Shown here in pieces: positions 9,650-19,386 of a DNA stretch of 64,000 nucleotides. This stretch comes from Deferribacterales bacterium (lineage in GTDB: Bacteria; Chrysiogenota; Deferribacteres; Deferribacterales; Geovibrionaceae). A program made the position numbers and the translations under genes. The notes beneath the pieces were generated by a model that worked only from the letters and a program-made list of their open reading frames with translations, ran no database searches and had not been told where the DNA came from. Every line of letters begins with the position of its first letter. Position 1 is the stretch's first letter. The stretch lies in assembly GCA_050253075.1 (NCBI GenBank), contig JBFWJS010000003.1, forward strand, positions 149,458 through 213,457, in the 5' to 3' direction.

Positions 9650-11134
9650 ATGTCTGCAAAATTAAAAATTCTATTTTTATCATTATTCATCCTCACTATG
9701 TCCACGGCTGCATTTGCTGAGGGAGCAATTGCTACGCCCCGTATCATAAACGGTACAACGGCATCTGACGGTGAATTTCCATTTCAGGTTGAACTTATGA
9801 GAGACTATGGTGCGACCTATTCAGTGTATTGCGGAGGAACGCTCATCAACAGCAGATGGGTCGTAACTGCTGCGCACTGTATCACAGAGGTCGGCGAGCC
9901 TACTCATATTATATACGGTACAAATACTATATCACCGCTTGATGAAAATCAGACTATGGCAGTGACAAACGTTTATGTCCATGAGGACTACGCCGGTGAG
10001 ACACTCGTGAACGGCAAATACTATATGGACCATGACATAGCGCTCCTTCAGCTGGCATCAGATGTGAATCTGACACCGATGGATTACTTTGCTATGGCAG
10101 GAAACCTCGGCTATGTGGTCGGCACTATGGCGACAGTTTCAGGATGGGGAACAACTGAGTCAGGGCACAGCTCAAACGTGCTTATGAAGGTTGATCTCCC
10201 GGTTTTCGACCAGACACAGTGTACAAACATATATAACGGTACAACAAACCCTGTATCCGACAACATGCTCTGCGCCGGTTATACAGACGGTACGGCTGAC
10301 TCCTGTACGGGTGACAGCGGCGGACCGCTCTTCGTACAGAACTCTAACGGCACAGATACTCTTATCGGTATAGTCAGCTTCGGCGTCGGCTGTGCAGAGG
10401 ACGGGTATCCCGGTGTTTATACAAATGTATCTGCATACATCGACTGGATAGAGTCAAAGACAGGTCTTACACTCGCAGAAGTGACTTCCGATACGACACC
10501 TTCCCTGCCTTACGGAATGGATTCTATCTCTTCAAGCTATGACATAGATGAAACAGAAAGAGTAGTAGAGACAGGAACAATAGATAATGACACGGTAGCA
10601 GTCTATGTATACGGCGGAAGCACCGTAGAGGACTACAGCATAAGCACCAGCTCTGATTTCGTATCCCTCACTCAGGACACACTGCATAAACTCAGATTTA
10701 AGCTCACACCTTCTAGTGATGGCGAGGACGCTGCTGTTATCATAGATTTCACAGGTTCGGGAGATGACGTAGCTGATTTCAACTTTTACATGTGTGACGT
10801 ATTAACTACTTTATGCAGTGAAGTAGGAACAAAAAACACCTCTGAGAACTGGGTTAGAATACTTATAGAGAACAACGGCGACTATGACTATAACGTAGAA
10901 GGGCTTGTCAGCCTGCGTACCGCTGTTTCCGACAGGGCCATAATCGATAAGATCGACGCTGACATATATGTTACCGAAGATAACACTGCCGGCAGCATAG
11001 TGGACAGCATCGGCGGCGGTGGCGGCGGCGGTTGTTCCGCATCCGGCGAAGGTTCTGCCTTCAGCTTCTTTGCTCTACTTTCACTTTGCGGGGTTTATCT
11101 CCTCAGGAGAAAGCTGGGTATAATAAGGAAGTAA
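9650..11134 (+). CDS. secreted trypsin-like S1A serine protease with GlyGly/Cys-CTERM-type sorting tail
   Basis: Signal peptide, R|IING activation site, TAAHC, DIALLQL, DSCTGDSGGP; C-term GGGGGGGC-TM-RRK. Confidence 0.92.
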   Translation: MSAKLKILFLSLFILTMSTAAFAEGAIATPRIINGTTASDGEFPFQVELMRDYGATYSVYCGGTLINSRWVVTAAHCITEVGEPTHIIYGTNTISPLDENQTMAVTNVYVHEDYAGETLVNGKYYMDHDIALLQLASDVNLTPMDYFAMAGNLGYVVGTMATVSGWGTTESGHSSNVLMKVDLPVFDQTQCTNIYNGTTNPVSDNMLCAGYTDGTADSCTGDSGGPLFVQNSNGTDTLIGIVSFGVGCAEDGYPGVYTNVSAYIDWIESKTGLTLAEVTSDTTPSLPYGMDSISSSYDIDETERVVETGTIDNDTVAVYVYGGSTVEDYSISTSSDFVSLTQDTLHKLRFKLTPSSDGEDAAVIIDFTGSGDDVADFNFYMCDVLTTLCSEVGTKNTSENWVRILIENNGDYDYNVEGLVSLRTAVSDRAIIDKIDADIYVTEDNTAGSIVDSIGGGGGGGCSASGEGSAFSFFALLSLCGVYLLRRKLGIIRK

Positions 11135-11161
11135 TTCAGAGCATTACAAAACTTAACATTC

Positions 11162-11188
11162 AAAAGGGGGCTTTGAGCCCCCTTTTTT
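11162..11188 (+). terminator. intrinsic terminator
   Basis: AAAAGGGGGCT-TTG-AGCCCCCTTTTTT. Confidence 0.85.
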
Positions 11189-11239
11189 GTTGCAAAAAAT
11201 AAGTTTATATATTTATTTATGGATGTACTGAATCATAAT

Positions 11240-11266
11240 GAACTTTTAGGCGGATAAAAAATCTAT
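11240..11266 (+). promoter_or_regulatory. sigmaE-type promoter upstream of rpoE
   Basis: GAACTT-N16-TCTAT matches the ECF sigmaE consensus. Confidence 0.7.
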
Positions 11267-11288
11267 GTTACATAAAAGCGGAGGCAAT

Positions 11289-11864
11289 GTGAAAGATTCT
11301 GCAATAATTGAAAAGGTGCTGGAGGGCGATACCCAGGCTTTTGAGATGCTCATACTGAAGCATCAGTCAAAGCTGTTTGCCACAGTGCTGAATGTTGTGA
11401 AAAACAGAGAACTCGCAGAGGATATCACGCAGGAAGCATACCTGAAAGGGTTTGACAAACTGGACACACTGAAAAACCGTGACCAGTTCTATCCTTGGCT
11501 TAAGAGGATAGCGCTTAACTTGGCTCTGAACCATTTTGAAAGAGCTAAGCGTGTTATGGATGTAGAGAGTGAAGAGGACGAGACGAGCTTTTTCGAGCGT
11601 ATCCCTGACGGGGAAAGCCCAGAAGAGCTGCTTGTCAAAGAGGAGCTTAAAAGATACGTGAGGATGTACGTGGAGGCCCTGCCTGACAAACTTCGGGTCG
11701 TTGTCGTCCTTAGAGAGATCGAAGACTTAAGCTATGAAGAGATAGCCGAAATGATGAACATACCAATAGGTACTGTTCGAAGCAGACTCTTTAACGCAAG
11801 ACAGATAATAAAAGACAGACTGATAAACCAGGGGTTGGCAGATGGACTGTACAAAATTTCATGA
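11289..11864 (+). CDS. rpoE: ECF RNA polymerase sigma factor (RpoE-like)
   Basis: AEDITQEA, FYPWLKRIA, LSYEEIAEMMNIPIGTVRSRL; GTG start after GGAGG. Confidence 0.9.
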   Translation: MKDSAIIEKVLEGDTQAFEMLILKHQSKLFATVLNVVKNRELAEDITQEAYLKGFDKLDTLKNRDQFYPWLKRIALNLALNHFERAKRVMDVESEEDETSFFERIPDGESPEELLVKEELKRYVRMYVEALPDKLRVVVVLREIEDLSYEEIAEMMNIPIGTVRSRLFNARQIIKDRLINQGLADGLYKIS

Positions 11865-12276
11865 ATTAATTTCACTTTATATCGACGAAGAGACGAACAG
11901 TGTGCAAACACAGGCTCTTGAAAAACACATGGAGACATGCGGCGGATGCAGATCTGCTTTGACAAATCAGCTTAAGCTCCGTGATATGGTGAAAGAGTCT
12001 TTCAGCAAAACATCCGAGATCGATCTGTCTATGTCTATTATGTCTAAGCTGTCTGTTCCGTCATCGGCGAAAAAGCCGTCTATAATGAAGAAATTATCCG
12101 TATACGCAGCAGCGGCAGCAGCCGTTTGCATCATCGCCATGGCTGCAATGATGAGCCTGCATGTGGATAACAATAAAGTCGCAGGAAACGAAAAACTCGA
12201 AGAATACGTCATCGAGCATGTCGGCACAGGCCAGACCGATTTCCGCGGCGAACTCGAAACGGTGAACGCAGAATAA
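11842..12276 (+). CDS. zinc-binding (zf-HC2) transmembrane anti-sigma factor
   Basis: C...HMETCGGC ZAS motif plus TM helix; directly after the sigma factor. Confidence 0.88.
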   Translation: MDCTKFHELISLYIDEETNSVQTQALEKHMETCGGCRSALTNQLKLRDMVKESFSKTSEIDLSMSIMSKLSVPSSAKKPSIMKKLSVYAAAAAAVCIIAMAAMMSLHVDNNKVAGNEKLEEYVIEHVGTGQTDFRGELETVNAE

Positions 12277-13004
12277 TGAAAAAACTGATCCTGCTTTTTT
12301 GTCTTGTAGGGTTCGTAGGCTCAGCCTACTCCGCTGAGCAGGTCTATTTCAAAATTGCTGTAAACGAAAACGAATATTCTACTTTCCTTACAGACAGAAT
12401 AAGCACTCAAAAAGAAACTTTACAGCTTCTGGCGGCTAAGATGCGTCAGGAGGTGTTTCATCCCGATCATTTGAACCATGATTACTATCATGTTCACATC
12501 AGCAGCGGGATAAAATATTTCGACAGAAGTGTCGTACAGTATGACATTGTGCCCATTTACGGCGACAGATTCAGGCATTTGGTCATGGTGGACGAAAAGA
12601 ACGGCTATGTTGTGCGTAAAGAGGTTTACGACGATAACAATAAGCTGGTCTTCTCCTTCACCAGTTTGGATGAGACAGGCGAGGAGATGCCTCCGCAGGT
12701 TTCCGGCGCGGCCGCATCCGAACCCATGCATGAGTTCTATAACGGTTTTTACCTTATAGCAGACAGAGAGCTGAAAGACGGGACAAAACACATCATACTC
12801 AGCGACGGTATAAACAAGTTTTCCGTTTTTAGGAAAAATGTTTCCAGCTTTGAACCGGTTAAGCAGGAACGTGTCCTTTACGGAAATTACATTTTCAGGA
12901 AAATAGTAGGCAAAGAGCTCTACACGGCTGTGGGGACGCTCCCTTTCAAAGATATGGAGCACTTCATAGACAAGATAGCAACGCCGGAGGAATCTAAGAA
13001 ATGA
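12276..13004 (+). CDS. RseB/MucB-like periplasmic regulator
   Basis: Signal peptide, SDGINKFSVF and TAVGTLP motifs; operon position. Confidence 0.7.
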   Translation: MKKLILLFCLVGFVGSAYSAEQVYFKIAVNENEYSTFLTDRISTQKETLQLLAAKMRQEVFHPDHLNHDYYHVHISSGIKYFDRSVVQYDIVPIYGDRFRHLVMVDEKNGYVVRKEVYDDNNKLVFSFTSLDETGEEMPPQVSGAAASEPMHEFYNGFYLIADRELKDGTKHIILSDGINKFSVFRKNVSSFEPVKQERVLYGNYIFRKIVGKELYTAVGTLPFKDMEHFIDKIATPEESKK

Positions 13005-14359
13005 GAAAAGTTAGCCTGATTTTACTTATCCTTTGTGTTTCTGTGACCAGCGCCCTCGCGAAAGGACCTGACGGATTCTCAGAAATCTATAAACAGACGA
13101 AAGACGCTGTGGTGAACATCTCCACAACAAAAGTAGTGACAAGAAAATCTATGTCGCACGACGACCTTTTAAGAAAATTCTTCGGGGACAATTTCCCCGG
13201 TATGCCTAACCAGCAGCAGCAGGATGATACTCCGAAAGAGTATAAGACATCTGCTCTCGGTTCAGGGTTTATAATAGACGCCAGCGGATACATCGTGACA
13301 AACAACCACGTTATAGACGGTGCAGACGAGATAATCGTAAAACTCAATGACGAGCATAAATTTGATGCGAAAGTAGTAGGGCGCGACCCGCTCACAGACC
13401 TCGCACTTATAAAGATAGAGCCAAGCGGTGTGAAGCTGAAGACTCTGCCTCTCGGCGATTCTGACAATGCCGATATAGGCGACTGGGTCGTTGCCATAGG
13501 TAACCCGCTCGGACTCGAGTGGACAATCACAGCGGGCATCATCAGTGCGAAAGGGCGTGAGCTCGGAAGCGGTCCATACGACAACTTCCTTCAGACTGAT
13601 GCATCCATCAACCCGGGTAACTCCGGCGGACCGCTGATCAACATGGACGGGGAAGTAGTTGCTATCAACACTGCCATCATCCCATCCGGTCAGGGGCTTG
13701 GGTTTGCCGTACCCGTAAATATGCTTAAAGAACTCCTGCCTAAGCTGAAGACAGGCTCTGTAAAGCGCGGCTGGCTCGGCGTGATGGTTCAGCCTATCGA
13801 CGAGAAGCTGGCGAAAGGCTTTGGCCTGAAAGAGCCTAAGGGCGCACTCATTGCAGACGTCACAAAAGGCGACCCTGCAGAGAAAGCAGGCGTTAAAGCA
13901 GGCGACGTTGTTATCAAGATAAACGGCGAAGAGATCGAAGACTCAAGAGAGCTAGTAAACAAGATCGGACGTATGAGCCCTAACGAATCAGTGACACTCA
14001 CTGTGCTCAGGGGTAAAAAGCAGACCGATATAAAAGTAAAACTCGGCGAAAGAAAAGACGGTGTAACAAAATCTGAACTAAACGAAGATACACCTGTCAT
14101 AGTAGAAAACCTGACATCTGACGAACTTGCTAAGCTCGGACTTGCGGGCGGTGTAAAGGTAACAGGTGTTGAGGGCGATTCCAATGCATATGGAGCAGGT
14201 CTCCGCAGAGGAATGGTTATAGTAGCTGTGAACCACGAGCAGGTTAGTGACGCAAGTACCTTCTCAGAGAAGTTCTCGGCTGTTAAGAAGGGCGAGGTTG
14301 TTGTTCTTCAGGTTTACCTGAGAGGAAAGACAAACTTCATCGCTTATGACAAGGACTAA
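13001..14359 (+). CDS. degP: DegP/DegQ (Do) family serine endoprotease with two PDZ domains
   Basis: GSGFII, TNNHV, QTDASINPGNSGGPL, RGWLGV. Confidence 0.93.
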   Translation: MRKVSLILLILCVSVTSALAKGPDGFSEIYKQTKDAVVNISTTKVVTRKSMSHDDLLRKFFGDNFPGMPNQQQQDDTPKEYKTSALGSGFIIDASGYIVTNNHVIDGADEIIVKLNDEHKFDAKVVGRDPLTDLALIKIEPSGVKLKTLPLGDSDNADIGDWVVAIGNPLGLEWTITAGIISAKGRELGSGPYDNFLQTDASINPGNSGGPLINMDGEVVAINTAIIPSGQGLGFAVPVNMLKELLPKLKTGSVKRGWLGVMVQPIDEKLAKGFGLKEPKGALIADVTKGDPAEKAGVKAGDVVIKINGEEIEDSRELVNKIGRMSPNESVTLTVLRGKKQTDIKVKLGERKDGVTKSELNEDTPVIVENLTSDELAKLGLAGGVKVTGVEGDSNAYGAGLRRGMVIVAVNHEQVSDASTFSEKFSAVKKGEVVVLQVYLRGKTNFIAYDKD

Positions 14360-14399
14360 TAAACAAAGCAATACAAAATCTCCTGAACGTAACTGTATG

Positions 14400-14430
14400 G
14401 AAAAAGGCCGCTCAATGAGCGGCCTTTTTC
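14400..14430. terminator. bidirectional terminator
   Basis: GAAAAAGGCCGCTCA-A-TGAGCGGCCTTTTTC. Confidence 0.85.
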
Positions 14431-14451
14431 ACGTCTATTAATAAGTAAATC

Positions 14452-15780
14452 TTAGTTTATGTCGAACTTCTCGAGCCTGTAGAGCAGAACGTGGCGGGGG
14501 ATGCAGAGGTATTTAGCTGCTTTGCTCTTATTCCCGTCGAATTTTTCGAGGGCTTTTATCACGATATTCTTTTCCAGCTCTTCCAGATTCAGCTCGTTAT
14601 CGGGCAGATGCATATCCAGACATGACAGCATGTCGCTGCAGAACTCCGACGGGAGCATGGATTCGTCTATCTCGCCGTTTCCTCTCAGGATGCACAGCCT
14701 ATAGACAGTGTTTTCCAGTTCTCGAATATTCCCTGTCCATGAATAATTTATCAGCTTCTGCATGGCATCTTCGGAGAACGTTACCTTTGAGCCGTATTTT
14801 TTGGAAAACAGCTCCACGAGGTCTCTTATGTCCTCACGTCTCTTTGCCAGAGGCGGAACCTCCACGGGGAAGACATTCAGCCTGTAGTACAGATCCTCAC
14901 GGAAATCGCCTTTTTCAGACATTGTCTTAAGGTTTCTGTTTGTGGCGGCTATCACCCGCACATTCACCTTTACGGGGATGGCGGCGCCGACGGGCTGTAT
15001 CTCTGATTCCTGTAGGAAACGCAGCAGTTTTACCTGTATAGAGAGGGGGAGTTCGCCTATTTCGTCGAGGAAGAGCGTGCCTCCGTCTGCTTCTAGTATC
15101 TTTCCTTTGTAGTCTCTGTCTGCGGAGGTGAAAGAGCCTTTTTTATGTCCGAAGAGCTCGCTTTCGAAGAGTGCTTCGGGGACAGCCGCACAGTTCACCG
15201 TTATAAACGGTTTATCCGCTCTGCTGCTGTTGCTGTGTATCTGTTTTGCTATGAGCTCCTTACCGGTACCGCTTTCGCCCAGTACCAGCACGGGGGCATC
15301 AGTGGGGGCGACGGTATCCGCCAGCCTGAGCATCTGCATGAATGCCTCGCTCTTTCCCACCATATTCGGCGTGTTGGACTGCTTCATGTACTGCTTCATT
15401 CGGGAGTTTTCACGGCGCATCCTGCATACCTCTGCGGCATTTTTCACAGAGTTCAGCAGGTCTTCGTTTTCGAACGGCTTCGTCAGATAGTCATACGCAC
15501 CGTTCTTTATAGCTTCCACCGCATCCGGGATGTTCCCGTGGGCGGTGATTATAATCACGGGCATGTCGGGGTATAGCTTCGATGCTCTTTCCAGCACCTC
15601 GTTTCCGTCTATGCCTGGCATACGGATGTCTGTGACGAGCACTTCATACTCTTTCTCCGAGAGCATCTGCATCCCTTCGTATCCGTTCGGTGCGTGGTCG
15701 TTCTCTATCCCTTCGGATGTGAGATACATCCCCACGAGAGTAGCCAGAGATATGTTATCTTCGATAATCAAAACACTCAT
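14452..15780 (-). CDS. sigma54-dependent response regulator (NtrC/ZraR family)
   Basis: Receiver domain + GESGTGKE + GSFTSA (GAFTGA variant) + Fis HTH; start reset to MSVLIIED. Confidence 0.93.
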   Translation of the reverse strand: MSVLIIEDNISLATLVGMYLTSEGIENDHAPNGYEGMQMLSEKEYEVLVTDIRMPGIDGNEVLERASKLYPDMPVIIITAHGNIPDAVEAIKNGAYDYLTKPFENEDLLNSVKNAAEVCRMRRENSRMKQYMKQSNTPNMVGKSEAFMQMLRLADTVAPTDAPVLVLGESGTGKELIAKQIHSNSSRADKPFITVNCAAVPEALFESELFGHKKGSFTSADRDYKGKILEADGGTLFLDEIGELPLSIQVKLLRFLQESEIQPVGAAIPVKVNVRVIAATNRNLKTMSEKGDFREDLYYRLNVFPVEVPPLAKRREDIRDLVELFSKKYGSKVTFSEDAMQKLINYSWTGNIRELENTVYRLCILRGNGEIDESMLPSEFCSDMLSCLDMHLPDNELNLEELEKNIVIKALEKFDGNKSKAAKYLCIPRHVLLYRLEKFDIN

Positions 15781-16865
15781 TTTTCCCCCTTGCTGATGCA
15801 CATGCCGAATGTACATCCGTCGCCGCTGCAAGACACCGAGAGAGTACCTCCGTGCGCCTGAGCGATCTTTTGTGCGAGAGCAAGCCCGAGCCCTGTTCCT
15901 TTTGCTTTTGTGGTGTAAAAGGGCTCAAATATCCTGTTTATTTCTTCTGTCGGGATACCTTTCCCGTTGTCTGTTATGTTGAATGTTACGGTTTCTTCCG
16001 TGATGTCTGCTGACAGCTTCAGCTTTCCTTTACCGGTCTCTTTGGCTGCCTCTATGCCGTTCATGATGATGTTCAGCAGGGCATGTTTCACGGCGTTTTT
16101 GTCCCATTTCACCGTAATGCCTTCGACATCGTGAAAGGCGTATTCTATCTCTACATCCTGTCTGGCGGCGGCCAGCTTCACCAGCTCGGACATCTCGGAT
16201 ATGAAGTGGCTGAGGCTGAACTCAGTCTTTTCATCAGAGCCGAATCTGGAATACTGCAGAAACCTGCTGATGAATTTATCCAGCTGGTCTATCTCCGTAC
16301 TGAGAATGTCTATGACCTGCTCATTCCCTTTACCTGACTTTATCAGGGATATGCCTGTCTTTATGGCTGCCAGAGGGTTTCGTATCTCGTGTGCCACACC
16401 TGCAGAGAGCTGTCCTATTGCCTTGAGCCTGTTGTCGTGGGCGACCTTGCGCTCCAGCTCCAGCATCTCCTGAGAGACCGCTTCCACCTTTTCCTTCTCT
16501 TTGCGCAGTTTACCGCCGAGTATCCCCGCTGTGAGTGCCACGGCGTATACCATCGTCACCTCTACCATCGACGGCAGGATGTGATGCGGAAAGCTGAGGT
16601 GCAGTGCGTAAATGTATGCCGAAGGGCTGTAGATAAGCGTCAGTATGACGGCAACTATCATCCCGCCCCTTAGGCGGAATCGGTATGATGCGTATATGAC
16701 TATGATATAGAAAGCGTAATAGTGAGAAATATGCACTACGGTGTGGTGTTTAGGCACACCGTAGTGAAAGTATGTAATGATGATCGTCGCAACGACAATT
16801 ACAGATATACTGATGATATTGTCTTTTATGCTATACCGCCCCTGCGGTCCTGTCTTGTTCTCCAC
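15777..16865 (-). CDS. membrane sensor histidine kinase with His-rich TM input domain
   Basis: AHEIRNPL, NGIEA, DNGKG, GTGLGL; TM region HYGVPKHHTVVHISHYY. Confidence 0.9.
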   Translation of the reverse strand: MENKTGPQGRYSIKDNIISISVIVVATIIITYFHYGVPKHHTVVHISHYYAFYIIVIYASYRFRLRGGMIVAVILTLIYSPSAYIYALHLSFPHHILPSMVEVTMVYAVALTAGILGGKLRKEKEKVEAVSQEMLELERKVAHDNRLKAIGQLSAGVAHEIRNPLAAIKTGISLIKSGKGNEQVIDILSTEIDQLDKFISRFLQYSRFGSDEKTEFSLSHFISEMSELVKLAAARQDVEIEYAFHDVEGITVKWDKNAVKHALLNIIMNGIEAAKETGKGKLKLSADITEETVTFNITDNGKGIPTEEINRIFEPFYTTKAKGTGLGLALAQKIAQAHGGTLSVSCSGDGCTFGMCISKGEK

Positions 16866-17520
16866 TGATGTGTCCGTCCTTCATCTCGATGACCCTGTCT
16901 GCATACTTTGTATATTCGAGTGCGTGGGTAACCATCACCACCGAGAGGTCTTCAGAGTTAAGCTCTTTTAGTAATTCTATAATACTTTGCCCTGTATTTA
17001 TATCAAGACTTCCTGTGGGTTCATCGGCAAAAAGAATCTTCGGTCCCTTCACCAGAGCTCTGGCGATGGATACACGCTGCTGTTCCCCTCCGGAGAGCTT
17101 GCCGGGCAGTCTGTTTTCCATCCCCTTCAGCCCCACACGTTCGATGATGTGCAGTGCTTTGTCCTTTGCGGCTTTATTGACGGGAGAAACACCGGAAAGA
17201 AAAGGCAATAGCACGTTTTCCATAACGGTGAGATAAGGGAGCAGATGAAACGACTGAAAAACCACAGAGAAATCCTGCTGTCTGATCCTGTTTATCTCAC
17301 GGGCGCTTGCCTTGCCGAGGTCTCTCCCGTTATATACAACGCTCCCCGAATCGGGGCGTAAAAGGGTGCTCAGGATGTTTAGGAGAGTACTCTTTCCCGA
17401 ACCAGATCTCCCTATGATACAGGTGAAATCACCTGTGTGGATATCAAGGGAGACCCCTTTCAGAACGTTGGTGGTTGTCTCGGATACGAATGACTTTTTT
17501 ATATCTATAGCTGATAGCAT
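16831..17520 (-). CDS. ABC transporter ATP-binding protein (LolD/MacB-like)
   Basis: GRSGSGKST, LSGGEQQR, ADEPTG. Confidence 0.93.
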   Translation of the reverse strand: MLSAIDIKKSFVSETTTNVLKGVSLDIHTGDFTCIIGRSGSGKSTLLNILSTLLRPDSGSVVYNGRDLGKASAREINRIRQQDFSVVFQSFHLLPYLTVMENVLLPFLSGVSPVNKAAKDKALHIIERVGLKGMENRLPGKLSGGEQQRVSIARALVKGPKILFADEPTGSLDINTGQSIIELLKELNSEDLSVVMVTHALEYTKYADRVIEMKDGHISGEQDRTAGAV

Positions 17521-17532
17521 GTTAACTCCTGT

Positions 17533-18696
17533 TTATATCTGGCTGAATACTTCTGTAGGCTGAACCTTTGTCGCCTTCAGAGCAGGTATAACGGCCGAAG
17601 CGATAGACAGAAAGCCGACAAATACGGCACAAAATGCCATGAATCCCGGGCTGAAGGCTATCTGTCCTGCACCTTCGATATCTATCCTTTTCAGCAGTTC
17701 TACACTGCTGACGTAGCCTCCCAAGTATCCTGCGATACCTGATACGATACCGATGATCATCGCTTCGAATCCAAAAATTATGAAGATCTTACTTCCGGAG
17801 TAGCCAACTGCACGCAGTATGCCTATCTCCTTCTTCCTTTCGTTCACTGCAGCCAGCATAAACATTGAGAGCATGAAACAGGCTATGACGAGTATCACGC
17901 CGCTAACCAGCATCACAAGGTGCTTCACATAGTTTATGGTGGTCATCCTTTGTTTTACGATGTTCTGCAGTGCATTTATGTCTGTGTCGGGGAGCTTTTC
18001 ATGTATCTGTGCCACGATGTCGTCGATGGGGCAACCGGAGCAGAGAGCAGCAACTTCAAAGAAGTTTACTAAATTCTCTTTGCCGACAGATTTCTGAACT
18101 GTGTGAAGGTCCGCAAATATGAGGTTGTCGTCTTCTGTTCCGGTTTTGTGTAAAATGCCTGTTATAGTTACGGTTTCGGTGCCTATCTGTACGGGGGTGT
18201 GTATCGAGACACCGAGGAGGTCAGCTGCGCGAGAGCCGATGATTGCTTCTTCCGGGCTGGCAGGCATTGCACCATCAAATGACCAGTAGCTCTTTATGCG
18301 TTTTTCTTCATCCCATAAAACGCCTGTAACAGCGACCGGTTTTTCGTTGTATTTTGCCACGGTGACGAGCTTTGGCGCCACTGTGCTTATGTTTTCTTTG
18401 TAGCCGATGCTTCTGATGGCATCGATGGTCTCTTTCTCAGGCAGGTATTTCACCTGATAGGAGAGACTTCCCATGCTGAAGCCGCCGTAGCTGACATTTA
18501 ACGAATCAGACTTTGGATAGATCAGTATGTTAGCTCCAAATTCTGTCATCTTTTTTTCCAGCGAATGTCCGATGGTCTCGGAAACATTGTAAAGCATGAC
18601 GACAGAAAGTATTCCTACGGTAAAAACTGCTGCGAGGATGCTCGTACGCAGTAATTTTCGTTTAAGGTTTCTGATGGGAAGTGTAAATATGTTCAT
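17533..18696 (-). CDS. FtsX/MacB-type ABC permease
   Basis: NERKKEIGILRAVG FtsX motif, large periplasmic domain containing CSGCP. Confidence 0.9.
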   Translation of the reverse strand: MNIFTLPIRNLKRKLLRTSILAAVFTVGILSVVMLYNVSETIGHSLEKKMTEFGANILIYPKSDSLNVSYGGFSMGSLSYQVKYLPEKETIDAIRSIGYKENISTVAPKLVTVAKYNEKPVAVTGVLWDEEKRIKSYWSFDGAMPASPEEAIIGSRAADLLGVSIHTPVQIGTETVTITGILHKTGTEDDNLIFADLHTVQKSVGKENLVNFFEVAALCSGCPIDDIVAQIHEKLPDTDINALQNIVKQRMTTINYVKHLVMLVSGVILVIACFMLSMFMLAAVNERKKEIGILRAVGYSGSKIFIIFGFEAMIIGIVSGIAGYLGGYVSSVELLKRIDIEGAGQIAFSPGFMAFCAVFVGFLSIASAVIPALKATKVQPTEVFSQI

Positions 18697-18708
18697 ATAT
18701 GTTATCCC

Positions 18709-19149
18709 CTAGAAATAGCCTGCGCCGGACTGTATGTCGGCCATAGTTATCACTACGTTTTCGCCTTCGGTTGTCCTGTGCAGAGGCGAGGGGTTGCATC
18801 CGCCTTTTACGATGTTGATACGGCTGGTGTGGAATCTCTGTCCGCAGTTGTTACAGATCATGTATTCGCCGTCCTGTGTGTAGCCTTTCTTTTCTTTGTA
18901 ACAAACGTCACAAGCATCGAATGCCGCTCTGATCACTCCGTCTGTGGATTTCACCACGAAGAATTTGATCTCTTTGCCTGCTGCGTTGATCTTGTAATAG
19001 TGTGCGTTGCCGTCGTTAACCTGTGAAACAGGGATAACGATCCTGCCGTTTTCTGCTTTTGCTTCGGAGTATTTATCTGAAATGCCTCCGCATGCTGCTA
19101 AAGCTGTTATCATGAGTCCTAATAAAATGATTCTGGAAAGGTTTCTCAT
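18709..19149 (-). CDS. DUF2318 (FtrD-like) Cys-rich lipoprotein
   Basis: Lipobox LAAC; DACDVC...CNNCG...GGCNP; SD GGAGG before MRNLSR. Confidence 0.85.
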   Translation of the reverse strand: MRNLSRIILLGLMITALAACGGISDKYSEAKAENGRIVIPVSQVNDGNAHYYKINAAGKEIKFFVVKSTDGVIRAAFDACDVCYKEKKGYTQDGEYMICNNCGQRFHTSRINIVKGGCNPSPLHRTTEGENVVITMADIQSGAGYF

Positions 19150-19179
19150 CCTGTCCTCCATGTTGTTTGGTTTATAAAA

Positions 19180-19196
19180 AGCAACAGGAGTGCCAG
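19180..19196 (-). promoter_or_regulatory. sigma54 (-24/-12) promoter
   Basis: Minus strand CTGGCAC-TCCTG-TTGCT matches TGGCAC-N5-TTGC. Confidence 0.85.
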
Positions 19197-19244
19197 TTTG
19201 TAAATGATTGATAAATATAGCTAGAGGTTTTGCGCTTCGGCAAA

Positions 19245-19294
19245 AGTAGAGAATATTCTGCAATTTTACCTGAGGCGAGTGGAGAATATTCTAC
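19245..19294. promoter_or_regulatory. paired palindromic enhancer sites (UAS)
   Basis: AGTAGAGAATATTCTGC (19245-19261) and AGTGGAGAATATTCTAC (19278-19294), 33 bp apart; IHF-like TATCAA-N4-TTA at 19201-19213 (minus strand). Confidence 0.7.
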
Positions 19295-19386
19295 AAAAAA
19301 AAGCCCGCCATGATGACGGGCTCTTATATCTATATCAGCCGACCGAAGGAAGGCGGAAATCGAAATGCACAAAAGTGCTGACTTTG

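Noticed and set aside
19337..19380. GC-rich segment after pheT as a possible ncRNA
   Set aside because: No recognisable family or convincing fold; probably 3' UTR ahead of the terminator.
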